The notes under the pieces: model-generated | What the model saw: only the letters and a program-made list of their open reading frames with translations | The model's database searches: none | Told to the model about the DNA's origin: nothing | Made by a program: the position numbers and the translations under genes | Part shown: positions 1-30,148 of the stretch, piece by piece | Layout of the letters: every line of letters starts with the position of its first letter | Numbering within the stretch: position 1 is the first letter of the stretch | Assembly (NCBI GenBank): GCA_039096225.1 | Contig: JBBPEB010000030.1 | Coordinates: 682,001 to 746,000 of the forward strand | DNA length: 64,000 nucleotides | Direction of reading: 5' to 3' | From: Blastocystis sp. Blastoise | Taxonomy: Eukaryota > Protista > Bigyra: Opalinata

Positions 1-272
1 TCATTCAATTTTATCTCAGAAAGCACAATTATAAAGAATTATTGTTGTGAACTATAAAGAATACTCATATAAGTTCATAAAATGACTTTCTTATCGTTTC
101 AGTAAGTGAAATATAGTTTTTTAAAAGTATTATTAGACAAATAAATCAATAAAATTGTTAATAACAACCATTATTTGACATACACTTTGAGTAGAGAAGA
201 TAAAGAAAAGTTAAAAAGACTCTATATGCATAAAAATAAAGAATAGTATATATAGATAGTTAAAAATATTGA

Positions 273-3200
273 TTATATGTTTGCCATGGTTTGAAACGTC
301 ATCTGAACCATTTTCTATATAAATGTATAGTTATTATTATCATAAATAATAATTCATAAAAATAATTTTAAGGCAAAAAATAATAATTTCAATATATACT
401 TCAATTTGGGAGACTTTGTTTGCTTTTGTTTTTTGACCTTTGATTTTCTTATAATAATATGCATTAGCTTTAGATTTAGCATTTTCTAATAGTTCATTGG
501 TTCTAGTAATAATTTCATCTAGTTTTTGTTCAATTCCATTATCTTCTTGAAGCTTATTATATTGGCCAAGTAATGATTTCAGAAGATCTGCTTTATCATT
601 CATTTCATCTGTATAGCGAGCATATATTTCATCGATAGCACTCATTTCCGTTTGAAGTTGTTTTTCAATAGACTCGTAACTATTGATTTCATTTTGAATA
701 TTATCTTCCAATTCTTCACGTGATGTATTGATGATATCATTTGATAATCTTTGATAATATTGATCAGCTTGTTTTTGGCAATCATCCAAAAATCTCTGTT
801 TTTTCTCTTTTTGTTTTTGTATTAATGCTTTATATTAAAAAAAAAATCATATATAAATAATATATACATAATAAGTTATAGTATAGGCTTATATATAATA
901 TAAAAATTATAAGATATATTATAATATATAAAATAAAATATAAAAAAAACATATAATAAAAAATAATATATAAAATAAAATATATATATATATCTATACA
1001 TGTAAGTAAATGTCTTAGTGTTTGAACTTCATCATCCTCCTCTTCTTCTTCTTCTTCATGTAATATATCTTCATTTTCTACTTCCTTATCAACTATTTGT
1101 TTATTAGTTCTAAATTTATTATTGTTATTCTGTTTGTTCTTTTTCTTTAAACTGTTATCTTCCGAAATATCACTAGAATCAGATAATTCTTCTTTTTCTT
1201 CCTCTTCAAATAATACTTTTTTAATATCATCCATCTTCTTTAACTTATTATTGTTTACATGATAATCGTTATTATTATTCTTATTACTAATTACTTTGGT
1301 CACTTTTGATTGTTTAGTCTTCGAATATAAATCAGATTCTTGAGATGATTCAATAACTTCTTCACTATCTATATATATTGAAGGCTTTATATTCCTAATT
1401 GATTTATTTCTTTTATTCGTTATAGTAACTCTTGGCTTCATTTTTTTATTCTTCTTTTCTATTATTTCTTCATCTTCTTCTTCACTTATATCTTCTTCTA
1501 TACTATCATCGTTTCTATTCATATTATCATCATCTATGTTAATATCATTATTATCATTATTATTATTTTTATTATTATTATTATCATTTTTATTCATATT
1601 ATCATCATTCTTATTCATATTATCATCATCACTTTCATCATCATCATCATTTTCATTATTATTATTATCATCTGATACAAAATTAAAATCAATTGAATTT
1701 TTCTTTATCTTTTTACTAGATATTCTCTTCTTTTTATCTATTACATCTATATCCTTAGTATTTTCATTAGTATTGATCTGATTATTCATGATTTCCTTTG
1801 TATGTATACCTATAAAAGAAGAAGATAAAGAAGAATCATGACTGATTTCATTCAAATCACCATCAAATCGCATTCTACGTCTATTTCCTACATCTGCTTG
1901 AATACGCTTATTATTAGGAATTACTTGTTCGATATTTTTAGAAGTCTTTGATTTCTTTGTTTTCTCATTATCATTCTCATCCATAAACTTCGTAGGTATA
2001 TCTTTTATTCTTTTAGCTTCTTTTTCTTCATCTTTTCCTTTATCATTATTATTATACATATCATTCTGAATATCATTAACATTGTTTGTATCATCCTTAA
2101 TAGTATTCTTGGGATTCTTAATAGTAACAGAATTATCCTCATTATTAACATCATTTTCATACTCATTAGCAATTATTTTCTTTTGTAATTTCTTATTCAT
2201 CTGACGTGTAGTTTCCACTTTTTCCAATACTAATGGTTTCTTTTCCATATTTTTATTGACTATATTCTTCTTTGATGCTACTTTTCGGTCTTTTATCGAA
2301 ACTATTTGTTTTTGATCTATAAATAAATTATTAGTTGATTGTTTCGAAATTAATTTCATACTAGTTGATATACTATTTTTCTCTTTTGTACATCCTCTTT
2401 TACGATTTGATACCTTTTTATCCGTAGATATAGATTCAGAAGAATTGATTGGATGATCAGAAGGTATAGATAAATCATGAACACCATTCTCTATTAACTC
2501 TGTTTTCTTAGATGAAATCTGTTTAGATTTCATTTCATTGGCTGATTTTGTTGTGTCACGTGGAACAGAAGAATAAGAACGTGACTTCTGAGGTCGATTC
2601 GCTATTTTAAAATAGATTAAAACATAAATGAAAATATATATATATATATATTATATAATATATATATTATATTATATATATATTATGGATAAAAGAATAT
2701 TATATATATTTGTATATACAGAGTTGACTGAAAAGATTATTTTTAGACGAGTTTTGTAATGGTTGTGTTGCTTGTAATACTGCTGGAATAGCAGCATCCT
2801 CTGTAGCTAGAAGAGGAGTCATAAGTGTATTTGAGGAATGACTTTCTATAATACTATTAGAAACATTTTTAGTGTTTTCCATTATATTTCTAGAAGATTC
2901 CTGTATGGATATATCCTTAGAAACTTTAGAGGATTTCTTCGTTGGACTATTTATAGATTTAAGATATTTCTTTTTATTATTAATTTCATTTGAATTGGTT
3001 AGATCAGTATTATCAGTTAGAGTGATAGAATCACAATTAGTATTATTTATAAAACTATTATTCGTATTTATATTCTTCGAAATAAAAGAAGAAGAAGTAT
3101 TTGGTGAAATTGGAGTTAATATTGGATTTTGTACTGTTTCCGAAGATAATTCATGATTCTGTTCATTTCCTATAGGTATATTTTTATAAAGAATATCTTT

Positions 3201-5950
3201 ATCATCGCTATGATTTTGAATTGGAGTAGACATCGTGACAATAGAAGATTTGGAAATAGTTCTATAAAAAGCAAATATATATATATAGAGTATTCTATAT
3301 AGAATAATAGAAATAGTTTATATATACTCTGTATCTTGAGAATCTTTTGGAACATTCGTTTTACCTTCTAAATATAGATAAGCTATTAATATTTCAAATA
3401 GTGTAAATCATACCTTTCTGATTCCCTAAGGATAAGTCTTCAAATGTATTTGTAGATTTCATAGGGATTCTAAAATAATAATAAGTATTTTACGTATAAT
3501 AATATAATAATCATTATTAAAATATTCTTTTGTAATAAAAAAACAATCATAAATTTAATAATAAATAATATAACTATAGCATACTTTTGAGAAGGTGTGA
3601 GAACAGCAATTGACGACTTTGAATATGAAGATGTATCTATATAATATAAACATAATGAATTTCAATAATATAAATAATAATCTATACTTATATATTGTGT
3701 TGTAGAAGGTGTATGTTTTGGTTCAGTATTTAATAGAGGTAAGCTACTTACAGTTGGTTTTTTATTGATAAGTGTAATATCTCTTCCTTGTATTGCTGTT
3801 GTGAGATATAATGATAGCGAGGCATATATAGAAGGAGATACTATAAAGTAAAAGAAATAATAGCGAAGAAATTGCATAGAATTATTAATAAAAAATAACT
3901 AAGAAATACATAAAGAGAGAGAACTCATGAAAATAATAATTATCATATTTTATTAATAATATCGAAAATACCTTCAAGACGAACTGCAAAAAGACCTTGT
4001 TTATATACTGAGAAAACATTAAAAATATCATTATCAATAGAAGCTGGGACAGAAAACAAAATACGAATAGAATTTACTCTATCAATATATTCTATCTGAT
4101 GAATCATTGACCATCTATATACATATATATATAATTTATAAATATACATTACGTAAAAAAATTGATTTAATAAATAAAAATATTAAAAAAATGAATATTA
4201 TAATATATACGATAACGATAGTAACTGTAAATCTTCTTCTTCTTCTTCTTCTTCTTCCTGTTTTTCTAGTTTTTCGTTATTTTGTATACACATATCTACA
4301 TAACTACTTAATCCATAAGGTCCAATATCTAACCTAAATAATAAACAAATTAAAAATAAAGAAGAAAGAATATATATAACTAATAAATTACCATTGAGTT
4401 TTTCCAAGAATTGTTTCACCTTGTAATTCGACTATATATGCAGAGAGAAGCTCACATGTAAAAGTTGTCTTGGCATGTTTTCTAGAAATTAGAGAATAAC
4501 AAATAACAGATATATTAATATATAGTCATATATATATATATATGTAATACTTTTTATTATAATCATTGATAAGAATTCTTACTTGGTCTCTGAATAAATC
4601 AGGTTTCAATTCATTCAACTATAATATAAATAATAATTAAATAATTCATTAAAATAAAATTTTATATATACCTGAAGAACACAATTGTTTTCAATAATTC
4701 TTTTAATTGGTATATGATTAATAGAATTGCAAATACATATGATTCTATATAGAATTTCTATACATGTACATTGTGTACTGAAATCTATATATATATATAA
4801 AATATTAATAAATACAGAATAAAGTATACCTTGAATTTCTAGAGCATTCTGTGCAAGTTTCTTGATGCAACTTGTATATGTACTACAAATCTTTATAACA
4901 TTCCTAGAATTATCATTAAGTAGCATAATAATCAAATAGGATATCTGTCGTCGACATTCAATATCATACTATAAAATGGATTTATATTATTAAATATATT
5001 TGATTTTATAATTAACATAATTTTATATAATTGATATAAAAAAATTATATCTATTATTAATAAAAATATAAAATTATATATATTATTAATATATTATATT
5101 AAAATATATAATCTATTATTAATATATTATATTAAAATATATCTATTATTAATATATTATATTAAAATATATAATCTATTATTAAAACTATAAAAAATAA
5201 TATATACTATTATTAAAACTACAAAAAATTATATATATTATTAATAAAACTATATAAAATACATATATACATCTTTAGAAATGATAATATCTTTAAATAA
5301 TAAAGGAAGAAAAGTTTCTTGAAAAGTATTCATTATTGAAATCCACTGTTCTTCTTCTTGAATACATTTAGGCCTATCAATCTATGTATATATATAGATA
5401 TTCTTTTAAAATAGAGAATCAATTATTCTAGTATACATACTGTTTATATAATATATATATATGAAATAACTTAAATAAATTATTAAAAAAAAATAAAATA
5501 TATATATATATAATTTATATACAAAACAAGGAATATAACCAAGAAACAATCCAAATATATTGATCGGATTTTCCTTTCTACAATTAAGTAACTTTAAATT
5601 GATTTCTGAAAGTATTTGATAAATCTACGAAACAATAATCAATAAGTATAATTTTCATTTACATTTTTAAACTCATCAATTATTCCATACTTGATTAGTA
5701 TCTGTATATTATTTTCGTTATCCCAAAAACGTGACAATACTCTACACATATTTATTAAGAAATCGGCTTTTTTAGAACAGAGTTCAGTCGATGCATCTTT
5801 AATTTCTTTTGTTAATACCTTCAAATGTTTGATAATATTATTCGTAATGTTCTCACTTAGCTTCGGTGCATCTTCAATCCATAAATCTCCAATTTGTTTC
5901 AATTTCTTGGAGAGTTCACCTGATTCTGCAAGAAATATATCTATTTCCAT
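273..5950 (-). CDS. SYCP2-like meiotic chromosome axis protein (ARM-like + PH/Spt16M-like N-terminus, long disordered middle, C-terminal coiled coil); about 17 exons
   Basis: ORF fragments join in frame through 16 GT-AG introns from ATG 5950 to TAA 273-275. Spliced motifs QDFSTQCTCIEILYRI, FRDQVRILINDYN and QWLDIGPYGLSSYV resemble, from memory, the SYCP2 N-terminal domains. Coiled coil at 340-830. Confidence 0.55.
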
Positions 5951-6764
5951 TCCAATAGATAACTTATATTAGCTACAATTATATAATATATTTCTGAATA
6001 TCATTGTTTGAATTTAGTTCAGTGAATATTAAAGAAAATGGAGGGCTTTAAAAATTAAAAAAAGAAGATCTTATTGATGAACAAATTTTTCTGCTGAATT
6101 CTTATTGGATGAACAACTAAGAAGATTTCCCACCAAACAATACTATTTATTCAAAGGACTCATGAATTCAAACATTATGAATAGTGCATAAATGTATAGC
6201 AGAGTTGGGTAGAAAAATATGCAGAAAAAAATAGAAAAATAATTTGTTAAGTATAAGAATGCCAATATGAATCATTAAAAAAAAAACATAAAATTGGCAT
6301 TTGGATAATTCACGGACGTTCTAAAGAGTATGAGTAATAAAAGAAAATGAGTCTGAAAAGAATTTACTATAATTTTGTCCTAGTAAACAATATTTCATGT
6401 TACTCTATTCATTCTTTGAATCACCTTAATTGCTTTCAATTTATAATAAGCGCAGAATATCTATTTTTATAAGAATAAAAAATAATTACGTTCTAAAATA
6501 CTTGATTGGCTATTTTTATGTTGGTTTCTGAGTTTTATAGGACCAACTTAATATATTAAGACATAACATAGAGACTTTTAGACATGAAAAAATAGCTTGA
6601 AAAAGATGAAAAATTATTTTAAAAGACGTGATCCGTGGGAATCTCATTATTGTTGCGATAAATACGGAAATAGTCATTGGTTAAATCATTCTTATTTTAT
6701 TTCCCTTATAAATTCACTTTTTTTTCATTTTGATTCTTTGCTTTTCTTCTGTTGTTCAGATACA

Positions 6765-7789
6765 ATGAATTCTATTGCATGTAGAAGTTATAAATTGGCA
6801 AGAAATATGTGTGCCATGCCATTCACTAGATTTGCTACAACTCAAATATCACCTGAAACAAAGAGAGTGAATGAATTTAATCAGAAGCGTTCTGCATGGA
6901 AAAAACAAATGACATCCATGCGTAAGGAGTATGCTGATGAATGGAAATATATTAGCCAACAGATGGATCATTATAGAGCTGAGAAAGTGAAAGCAAATTA
7001 TCGTGAGAAGAAGATTACTCCTGAAGAGTTAAAACAAAAGAAGATGGAACATGAGAAGAGAGCTTGGGAAACATTAAATCAATCACAGTTATCTAAACAG
7101 TATGTAAATTCAAAAGAAAAATTATTTATTTGTTAATTATTCTCATGGATTTTATTATTATTATTTATTTAAATAGAGTGAAACATGCCAAATCTCTTGT
7201 AAATCAAAGAGAAACAGTTGAACGACAAAATAAAAATATTCATATGTATTTAGATTCTATTCGTCCTCTTGTTGATGGATGTTATACTATAAATGATGTG
7301 AAAGAAAGATATATATATATTTTATTTTATATATTTTTATTTATTTTTAATTGTTTATATTTTTATTTATTTTTAATTGTTTATATTTTTATTTTATTTC
7401 AATCGTTTATATATATAATATTTATTATTATTTTTAAAACATTTTTTAAACACTTTTTTAAACACTTTTTAAAGTTTATTTAAAATACATGTATATAATA
7501 TCTTGTTAATTATTACAATAGAATATAATAATCTTTATATTCAATATATTTATAGAGATTAGAGAAAGATTTAGATGCTGAGCCTAAAGAGTTCCGTGAT
7601 TTATTCCGTGTTACAGATGAGGCTTTATTCCCTGTTTTAGCAGAACCTGTAGAGAAAGTAGCAGGCAATGTAGAAGATGAAGAAACTGAAGAAGCAAAAC
7701 CTTTATTTAGTTATGAATTAGAAGATGAAGAAGTTAATCAAGAAAGAGAAGAAGATGAACAAAGAAGAAAAGAAGGAGTTGAAGTATAA
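6765..7789 (+). CDS. Mitochondrion-targeted coiled-coil protein of unknown function (possibly mitoribosomal); 3 exons
   Basis: N-terminus MNSIACRSYKLARNMCAMPFTRFATT looks like a presequence. Acidic C-terminal exon ends in TAA at 7787-7789. Second intron probably has a non-canonical donor. Confidence 0.6.
7309..7557 (+). other. Probable AT-AG intron
   Basis: AAA GAA AG|ATATATAT...TTTATAGAG|A TTA GAG restores VKERLEKDL. The nearest in-phase GT alternative is an atypical GTGAAA donor at 7298. Confidence 0.5.
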
Positions 7790-8387
7790 TCATAAAACAA
7801 AAATTAAATTACTCTATATATTTAAATACGTATATATTGTCTCTTAAAGATATTATATTATATTTTATTCGATCAATATCATTAATATCAATATATATAT
7901 CATATTATAATATCATTTTACTTGTTTTACTTGTTTTATCTTGTTCATTTGTTCTCATTTCATATCTATATTTGTATTCTCCTAAATTTTTTTCCAACTT
8001 TTTTTATATATTTATTTGTGGGCTATTTTCTTTACAATATATTCTATTCAAGAACTGTTTTGTTAAAGAAAGCATGTACATGAATCAAATTACTCAACAT
8101 GAAGACTTTTGCTCTCTAAATTCGCGATTATTTCGCACAATTTGTCAGAAATTGTATGCTAGACCAATAAGTTTTTCACGGGTTTTCTTATTATTGTAGG
8201 CAAAGATCAGAAGATTTTTAGAAAATTTGTGCCGGTTTCTTCGACAAAATGTCCATGCCTTCCAGGTACATAATATGGGAACATATGTATAAAAATGTAC
8301 AGATATTTTACAATATCTTTTGTTCGGTTCATCACAAAAAAGTCAATCATAATTTTTTTGTTTCACAAATCATTTATTTATAAAGAA

Positions 8388-10314
8388 ATGATCTTCTTAT
8401 TTATGATCCTGTTTACGTTTCTTATGGAAACACAAGCTGTCACATTACTAAAAACGGAGTTACACTTTAACAACAATCACAAGTATTATTATACCAATAT
8501 AAATGTAGGGTCTCAAGAATCTCCAGCTAGAATGATTATTGATACAAGCTACGGCTCTTCATATGTTTATGCTAAAGACTGTGTTGGCTGTTATTATGTT
8601 TCTTCAAATCCATATTATAAATATAACTCTTCTACTTTATCTCCTATTAGTTGTGGTAACTCTTTATGTCAATCAGATACATGTCATCGTTATAGTTGTC
8701 GTGGTACTTGTCATGCTTCGACAAAAGCATGTTGCTCAAAATCAGATAACTCTCTTTGTGCCTACGCCATATCCTTTTTGGATAATACAATGTTTATATT
8801 TATAATTATTTTATTATCTATTGAATAATAATCCTTTTTAATTATTGTTGATTATTATGATATATAGAATAGATGGAAGTTTAATTCGTGATAATATTAT
8901 GATCCAAACAGCAACAGGATACACTCAATCGTATCCTACTACTTTTGGATATATAGATTATTCTACAAGAAATAATTATCAAGCAGATGGGATATTAGGT
9001 TTAGGTTATAGAACAACTGGATGTGATCCTTCTTGTATAAATACATATCTGGATGATATGGTTGAGAATATAAATGGAGTAAGAGATATGTTTACAATAT
9101 GCTTTGGAAATACTCAAGGAGTTCTGACTTATGGAGGAATAGATGAAGATCTATATGTATATTTCTATTCACTTTTTTATTATTACATCTTTTTATTTTA
9201 TTTATATACTTTTTTGTTTATAAAAATATATTATTATTCAGTTTAGTAATTTCTATTGTAAGCTATCTATTATTAATTATATAGAGTGGTAATATTACAT
9301 GGGTTGATTTTATTGCAACTGGCTTTTATACTGTAGAATTAAATGATTTTCGTGTAAACGAGAATCATTTTTTTAATTCAACTGTATGCTCATTAATTCT
9401 CTTTTATGTTTCTCATTATTTTTTATAATTATATTTTTATTTACTACTTATTTTCTATTTTTAAAAATCTATAGGAAACTATGCTTATATATATTAGTAG
9501 TTTGCCATATGTAATAAGACTCCAAAGCAATCTTTATGATGCATTAGTCATATACCTTAAAACATATTATTGCTATCTTTATGGTATATATATATATATA
9601 TATATGTTTTAAATTATATAGAATTTAATATAATACAGAATCCTAACTAATATATATTTTAGAAATAAATCTTAATAACTTTTTTATTTAGGTATTTGTA
9701 AGCAGTATAGTATTTTTGAAAACTATTGTTTGTTGGATCGTCCTTCTTCTTCATGGCCTACTATAGATATTTATTTAAATGATATTCATCTTTCACTTTC
9801 AAGTGGTCTTTACTTTCAGACTATTTTTCAAAATAATAAATATTTATATTGTTTTGTAATTACAAGAGAGGATCCAGATGTAAATTATAGTACTTTTGGT
9901 GCTTCATTTATGAGAGGATTTACTCTTATTCATGATAGAGGACATAATAGAATTGGAATTGCTACCCCTACTAATGCTTGTCATGCTCAAGTAGTAGGAG
10001 GTATTCATATGATAATACCTACTCCCTCTCCTACTTCTGCTCCTTCTCCTACTCCTGCTCCTGTCGAGGACAATACAGACGTTTTAGTTATTATTTTGAT
10101 TTCTTGTTCGGTTGTTGTTGTAGTCGTTTGTGGTGTTATTATTATTGTCACATGTTGTCGTTATTATAAAAGTATTCAACAATTCCCAACGGAAGAGTCT
10201 AAAGCTGATCATAAATCATTAGATACATCTAAACAATCCTCAAAAAGTCAGGAACTTCCCACTATTCATTCAAATCAACAATCTGATTCTACTGCTGATA
10301 ATACTACCATTTAA
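8388..10314 (+). CDS. Membrane-anchored pepsin-family (A1) aspartyl protease homolog, probably catalytically inactive; 5 exons
   Basis: Signal peptide, YYTNINVG, IIDTS (normally DTG), Cys-rich insert, DGILGLG, FGASFMRGFTLIHDRGHNRIGIA, Pro/Thr linker and C-terminal TM helix. No second D[ST]G motif found. Confidence 0.85.
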
Positions 10315-11077
10315 GTAACGCTCTTTATTATCAATTTTGATTCATTCAAAGCACAAAATATAATTCTTTATTATTATATGATTATATCTTTCTATAAAAA
10401 CGATTTTCCTTTTATTACATGTCAAAAGTTTTCATTTTCCATATGATTTCTTTATAAAAATGGTTTCATCAATTAGAGTTATTCACTTTTAGAAAGATAT
10501 GTTTTTTTTTTGTTAATTATTTATAAAATGCATTTATTTAAATGTCTTATTATCAGAAAGTTTTTTAAAGTGCAGTTTATTGTTAAAATCAACGACTTTT
10601 GCACACACAATCATATTTTGTCATAATATTTAATGGTACAAACATTTCTAAACTACTACACTACCCTCAACAAACACAATAAAACATATAGAATCAAAGA
10701 TCAATAGAATCATTGTCTTTATCAACACAATTTCTTTTAGGAAAAGTAAAATAGCATTCTCTCTCTATTAACTGCATCATTTTCGACTGATTTCTATAGT
10801 CTATATTGAGTAAGTTCAATGTGTAAACGAAATCAAAATCACATTTTGAAATAATTTATACGCTAATAACATTAATTATTGAACAGATCTTATAAGGTAT
10901 CTAAAAAATATTTTAAGCGTAATTATTTACACTGACTATTAATTATTCCAAAGAAACACCATAAAAAATAATTTCAGTTTCAAAGCAATTTTTTAACTCT
11001 TTTTAATCTTTTTCAAGATATATTATCTTATATTCGTAAGTTTGAGGTAAAATCTATTTAGAAAAAACATCCCCAAA

Positions 11078-26136
<15,059 letters not shown>

Positions 26137-26808
26137 TTTTGCTTTTTTTTTATTATTGTACTATTTATTTTTGTTTAATATATATATATATATGCTAATT
26201 TAATTATTTCTTATTATTTCTATATCTTTTGCCTATTTATTTTTTGAAAGTTGTATAATAAATTTATTTAAAACAAAATTTTTATTAATTTCTTAATTTA
26301 TTAGTTTCTCTTTTATTTCAACTTATGTTCCACAACTATTCTCACTCATAAAATTCATTTTCACAATGAAACACCATAATTTTCTTTTTAAATAATTCAC
26401 ATATTAATATATTAACATTATTCAATAGTCGTTTCTATTTATATATATGTTATGAATAATTAAAATGATACTATAGTTCTAAAATAAACAATTATGATTC
26501 AAAATAAAAGTCAGTTACGCTTCAAACCATGATCTTAGATATCTACAGCGACTTATCTATTTATTCTACATATACTTATCACTATTTCAATTCGTTTCCG
26601 AATGAACTTGCTTCAAATATTGTAAAAAAGACTGTTTTTCATTTTCGTGGTTTTTCCTTCTATTCGGAAAAACACAAATATTATAATATACTTTCAGTTA
26701 AGTATACGGTAAAGACCTAACTACTACAGTTATAAGAAATCATTATTCTATATTTGGCATATTACTCAAATAAAAAATCGTTGAATTTGAAAAAACTGAA
26801 AAACAAAC

Positions 26809-29509
26809 ATGGATTATGAAAACAATATCTCCACTATGATCGATGTAGCTAGAAGTTTTTTTGAAAAGAAATACTATGGATTCTCCATATCTATGTATGT
26901 TTTAATAATAATAATAGTTTATATAATTTAGGTATAATACTCTTGAAGAGTATATGAAAGCTTTGAAACCGACTCTGGTGTCTACGGATCAATCAAACAT
27001 AGAAAATCTTCAACTTTTAGTTCATGATGAACGAAAACTTGTTGAAGAACGATCATTGTTTTTGTTATATAATGGTAAAGAATATGATACAGTCTATCCA
27101 CCGTATCAGGTTCCTTTAAACACTGTTACGGAGGATAGTCCTACCCCCCAAAACGATATTGAAGCTAATAGTATTATATATATTTTTGTATATTTTTGTT
27201 AATTCTTTAATCATTCTTAGACGACAAAAACTCTTCAAATTCTACAGATAATAAAGTATATAATATATATTTATATTATATATTATATATATATTATTAT
27301 AGGACAAAGAAGATCATCCTGGTTTACAAAGTTCTATATATTCTATATATAAAAAAGGTGTTGAAACAACAAAAGAGATGGATAAACAATTAAGAATCTC
27401 TTCAACAATCAAAAGTATTGATAAAATGTTTCATATATCAGAAAGTGTTCAAAAAGTATTTATATATTTAATTTATTGTTTATATAATAATCTTATCTTT
27501 TATATATATAGAATATACAGAAAGCAAGAGAAAAAGCGGATTTTGAAGCATCAAAAAATAAATTAATTGAGATTCAACGTAATCAAGCAAATAATATACG
27601 AACTATATATAATATGAGTAAACACCATAAAACTATTACTCCTACTTCCTATACTACAACAAATCTTAGAGATACACGTCTTAAGAAAATCGTAGAAGAT
27701 AAATCTAATACTTCATTTCTTACTCATTCTTATAATTCTTTATCTTCAACTGTATCTTCCTCTTCTTCTTTATATCCAAATGGACAACAACCAATGTCTC
27801 CACAAGATGATACAACTCAATATTCATCAAATACTGGAGTTACTAATATACAAAATAACTCTCAATCATATTCTCCTGTTCTTCCTCAAAAACCAACTTC
27901 ATTCGATAATATAACAATACAGCCACCACCAATTCCTCCAAAACCTATTCATTTAAATACATTATCTAATACTGTTAATAATAATATATTCCCTTCTTTA
28001 TCCTCTATTTTATCCCTCAATAATCTATATTCTTCACAATCATCATCATCATCATCATCTTCATCTCAATCAAATGGTATTCCTCAATTAAATAATAAAT
28101 ATTCTAAACCTCTTCCTTCTATTCCTCTTTCTCCTTTTTCATCAATATCTTCTAATCCATCTTATTCTTCATCTTCTACTTCTTCTCATCAACTTTCTTC
28201 ATCAACGAATCAAATACCAAATTTATTTCCATCAATTTCTTTAACATCTATTCATTCTCCTCCATCAACTCTACCTTTATCTCCTATATCTACTCCTCAT
28301 TCTCTTAAAACATCTAATCTACCAGAACATAGTATATCGAATTCAACTAATTTATTAAATTATTCTGTTGTTGATCATATACATTATCCAAAACCATCTT
28401 CATCAAATACTATAAATCAAGTACACTATACTCAACCTGTTTCTATTGCAAATGAAACCACTAATTCTATAACTCCACTATATGAGGAATCAATAGAATC
28501 ACGATCAAAACAATCCAAACCTGATTCTGTAATAGATTCTCAAGTATCGAATAGCAATAATAATAAGAATATTCAATTATTTAACGATAATAATAAAATT
28601 AACGATAATAATAAGAATATTCAATTATTTAACGATAATAATAAAATTAACGATAATAATAAGAATATTCAATTAACTAACAATAATAATATAATTAATG
28701 ATAATAATAAGAATATTCGATTAACTAACGATAATAATAAAATTAATGATAATAATAAGAATATCCAATTAAATAGCAATAATAATATAATTAATGATAA
28801 TAATAAGAATATTCAATTAACTAATAATAATAATAAAATTAATGACAATAATAATAATGATGACAACAACGATGATGAAATACCGATAGTTGTGAATAAG
28901 GATCAAATTATAAATAATATTCCAGAGAATAATTCAGAGAATCCATTTGCTTCTAGTTCTAAAGATACTATTTCTCCTCCTTCCTTTAATGCTATCTCTA
29001 TATACTCAAATGAAGAATTAAATTCTATACAAGAAGAAAGAGAATCTTCAGATTCTATACCTTTTATTATACCAATCGCTTCTTCAATTGCTACTAATTT
29101 GAAACCAGTAGATATTGTATCTGATTCTTTGAATAATGATAATAATAGTTACTTATCTAATAATAATACAAGCCAATCAATTTTACAAACTCAAAACTCA
29201 ACTATATCATCACCATATTCAAATAATAATACTAATGGAAATAATACTGCGTACTCTATGCCAAATAACACTAACGATAATAACAATACAATTAATTCAA
29301 ATAATAATATCATTCATAATGTAGATCCTATTAATAGTACAAATACTGTTCTTCATGTATCCCCTTCATCTAATAATAATCCTATATCTGTAAATCAAGA
29401 AGAAATAGATGATATTTATGTACCTATAAATGTTGTTCCTGTACACTCTCCTGTCTATTATATACCTACAGAACCTATTCCCCTTAATATTAACCACAAA
29501 AATATATAA
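26809..29509 (+). CDS. Hypothetical protein: helical (possibly MIT-like) N-terminus plus long Ser/Pro/Asn-rich disordered tail; 5 exons
   Basis: ATG 26809; four GT-AG introns join in frame to the 631-aa terminal ORF. Confidence 0.7.
28559..28846 (+). repeat. Coding minisatellite, 6 x 48 nt (NNKNIQLxNxNNKIND)
   Basis: Six 16-aa units are visible in both DNA and translation. Confidence 0.9.
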
Positions 29510-30077
29510 AACTATGTTTATATACTATTAAAATATATATATATTTTAAATAATTAAATGTATTTTCTTTTGGATCATAATTTTGTATTATATTCTTTAT
29601 TCATCTTTTCTTTAATTGGATATTTAATACTATTCTATATACTGTATTCTATTAGTTTATATTCTCATATAATATCTATGTTTTTTTCATTTTTTTGTTT
29701 TGTAAAGATATTATTATTTATTCTTTCTTGTTATATTATATATATTATATTTGTTTTTATTATGTGTTATAAAATAATTATATATATATTTTCAGAAATA
29801 CAAGTATATCTTTTTTATATGTTTGAATTTAGTGCTTTTTTTTTCTATTCCTTTTATCGTAATTTATTTTTGTCTTTATTGTCAGTTATTCAATATTGTT
29901 TGTTTCATATTATAAAGTGTGTAAATATTAATATACTTTATGAATTATTTTTTGTAAACTCAACAGGATGTCATAAAATATTTTTGTCACAAAAATGTAC
30001 GAAAAAGGAACGTTTTAAATATATTATTTTGTAATGACAGATACAATCATATAGGTATCTATTATAAAACTAAACAT

Positions 30078-30148
30078 GCACCAGTGGTCCAGTGGTAAGA
30101 TAGTTCCCTGCCACGGAACAGACCCGGGTTCGATTCCCGGCTGGTGCA
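30078..30148 (+). tRNA. tRNA-Gly(GCC)
   Basis: GCACCAG/CTGGTGC acceptor stem, GTTCC-CT-GCC-AC-GGAAC anticodon arm, GGTTCGATTCC B box, downstream T-run. Confidence 0.97.

Noticed and set aside
28559-28846. CRISPR-like array
   Set aside because: Contiguous coding tandem repeat with no unique spacers, in a eukaryotic gene.
29558-30034. 158-aa hydrophobic ORF (likewise 7837-8199 and 37715-38044)
   Set aside because: T-rich 3' UTR or intergenic composition yields F/I/L/Y runs with no coding signature.
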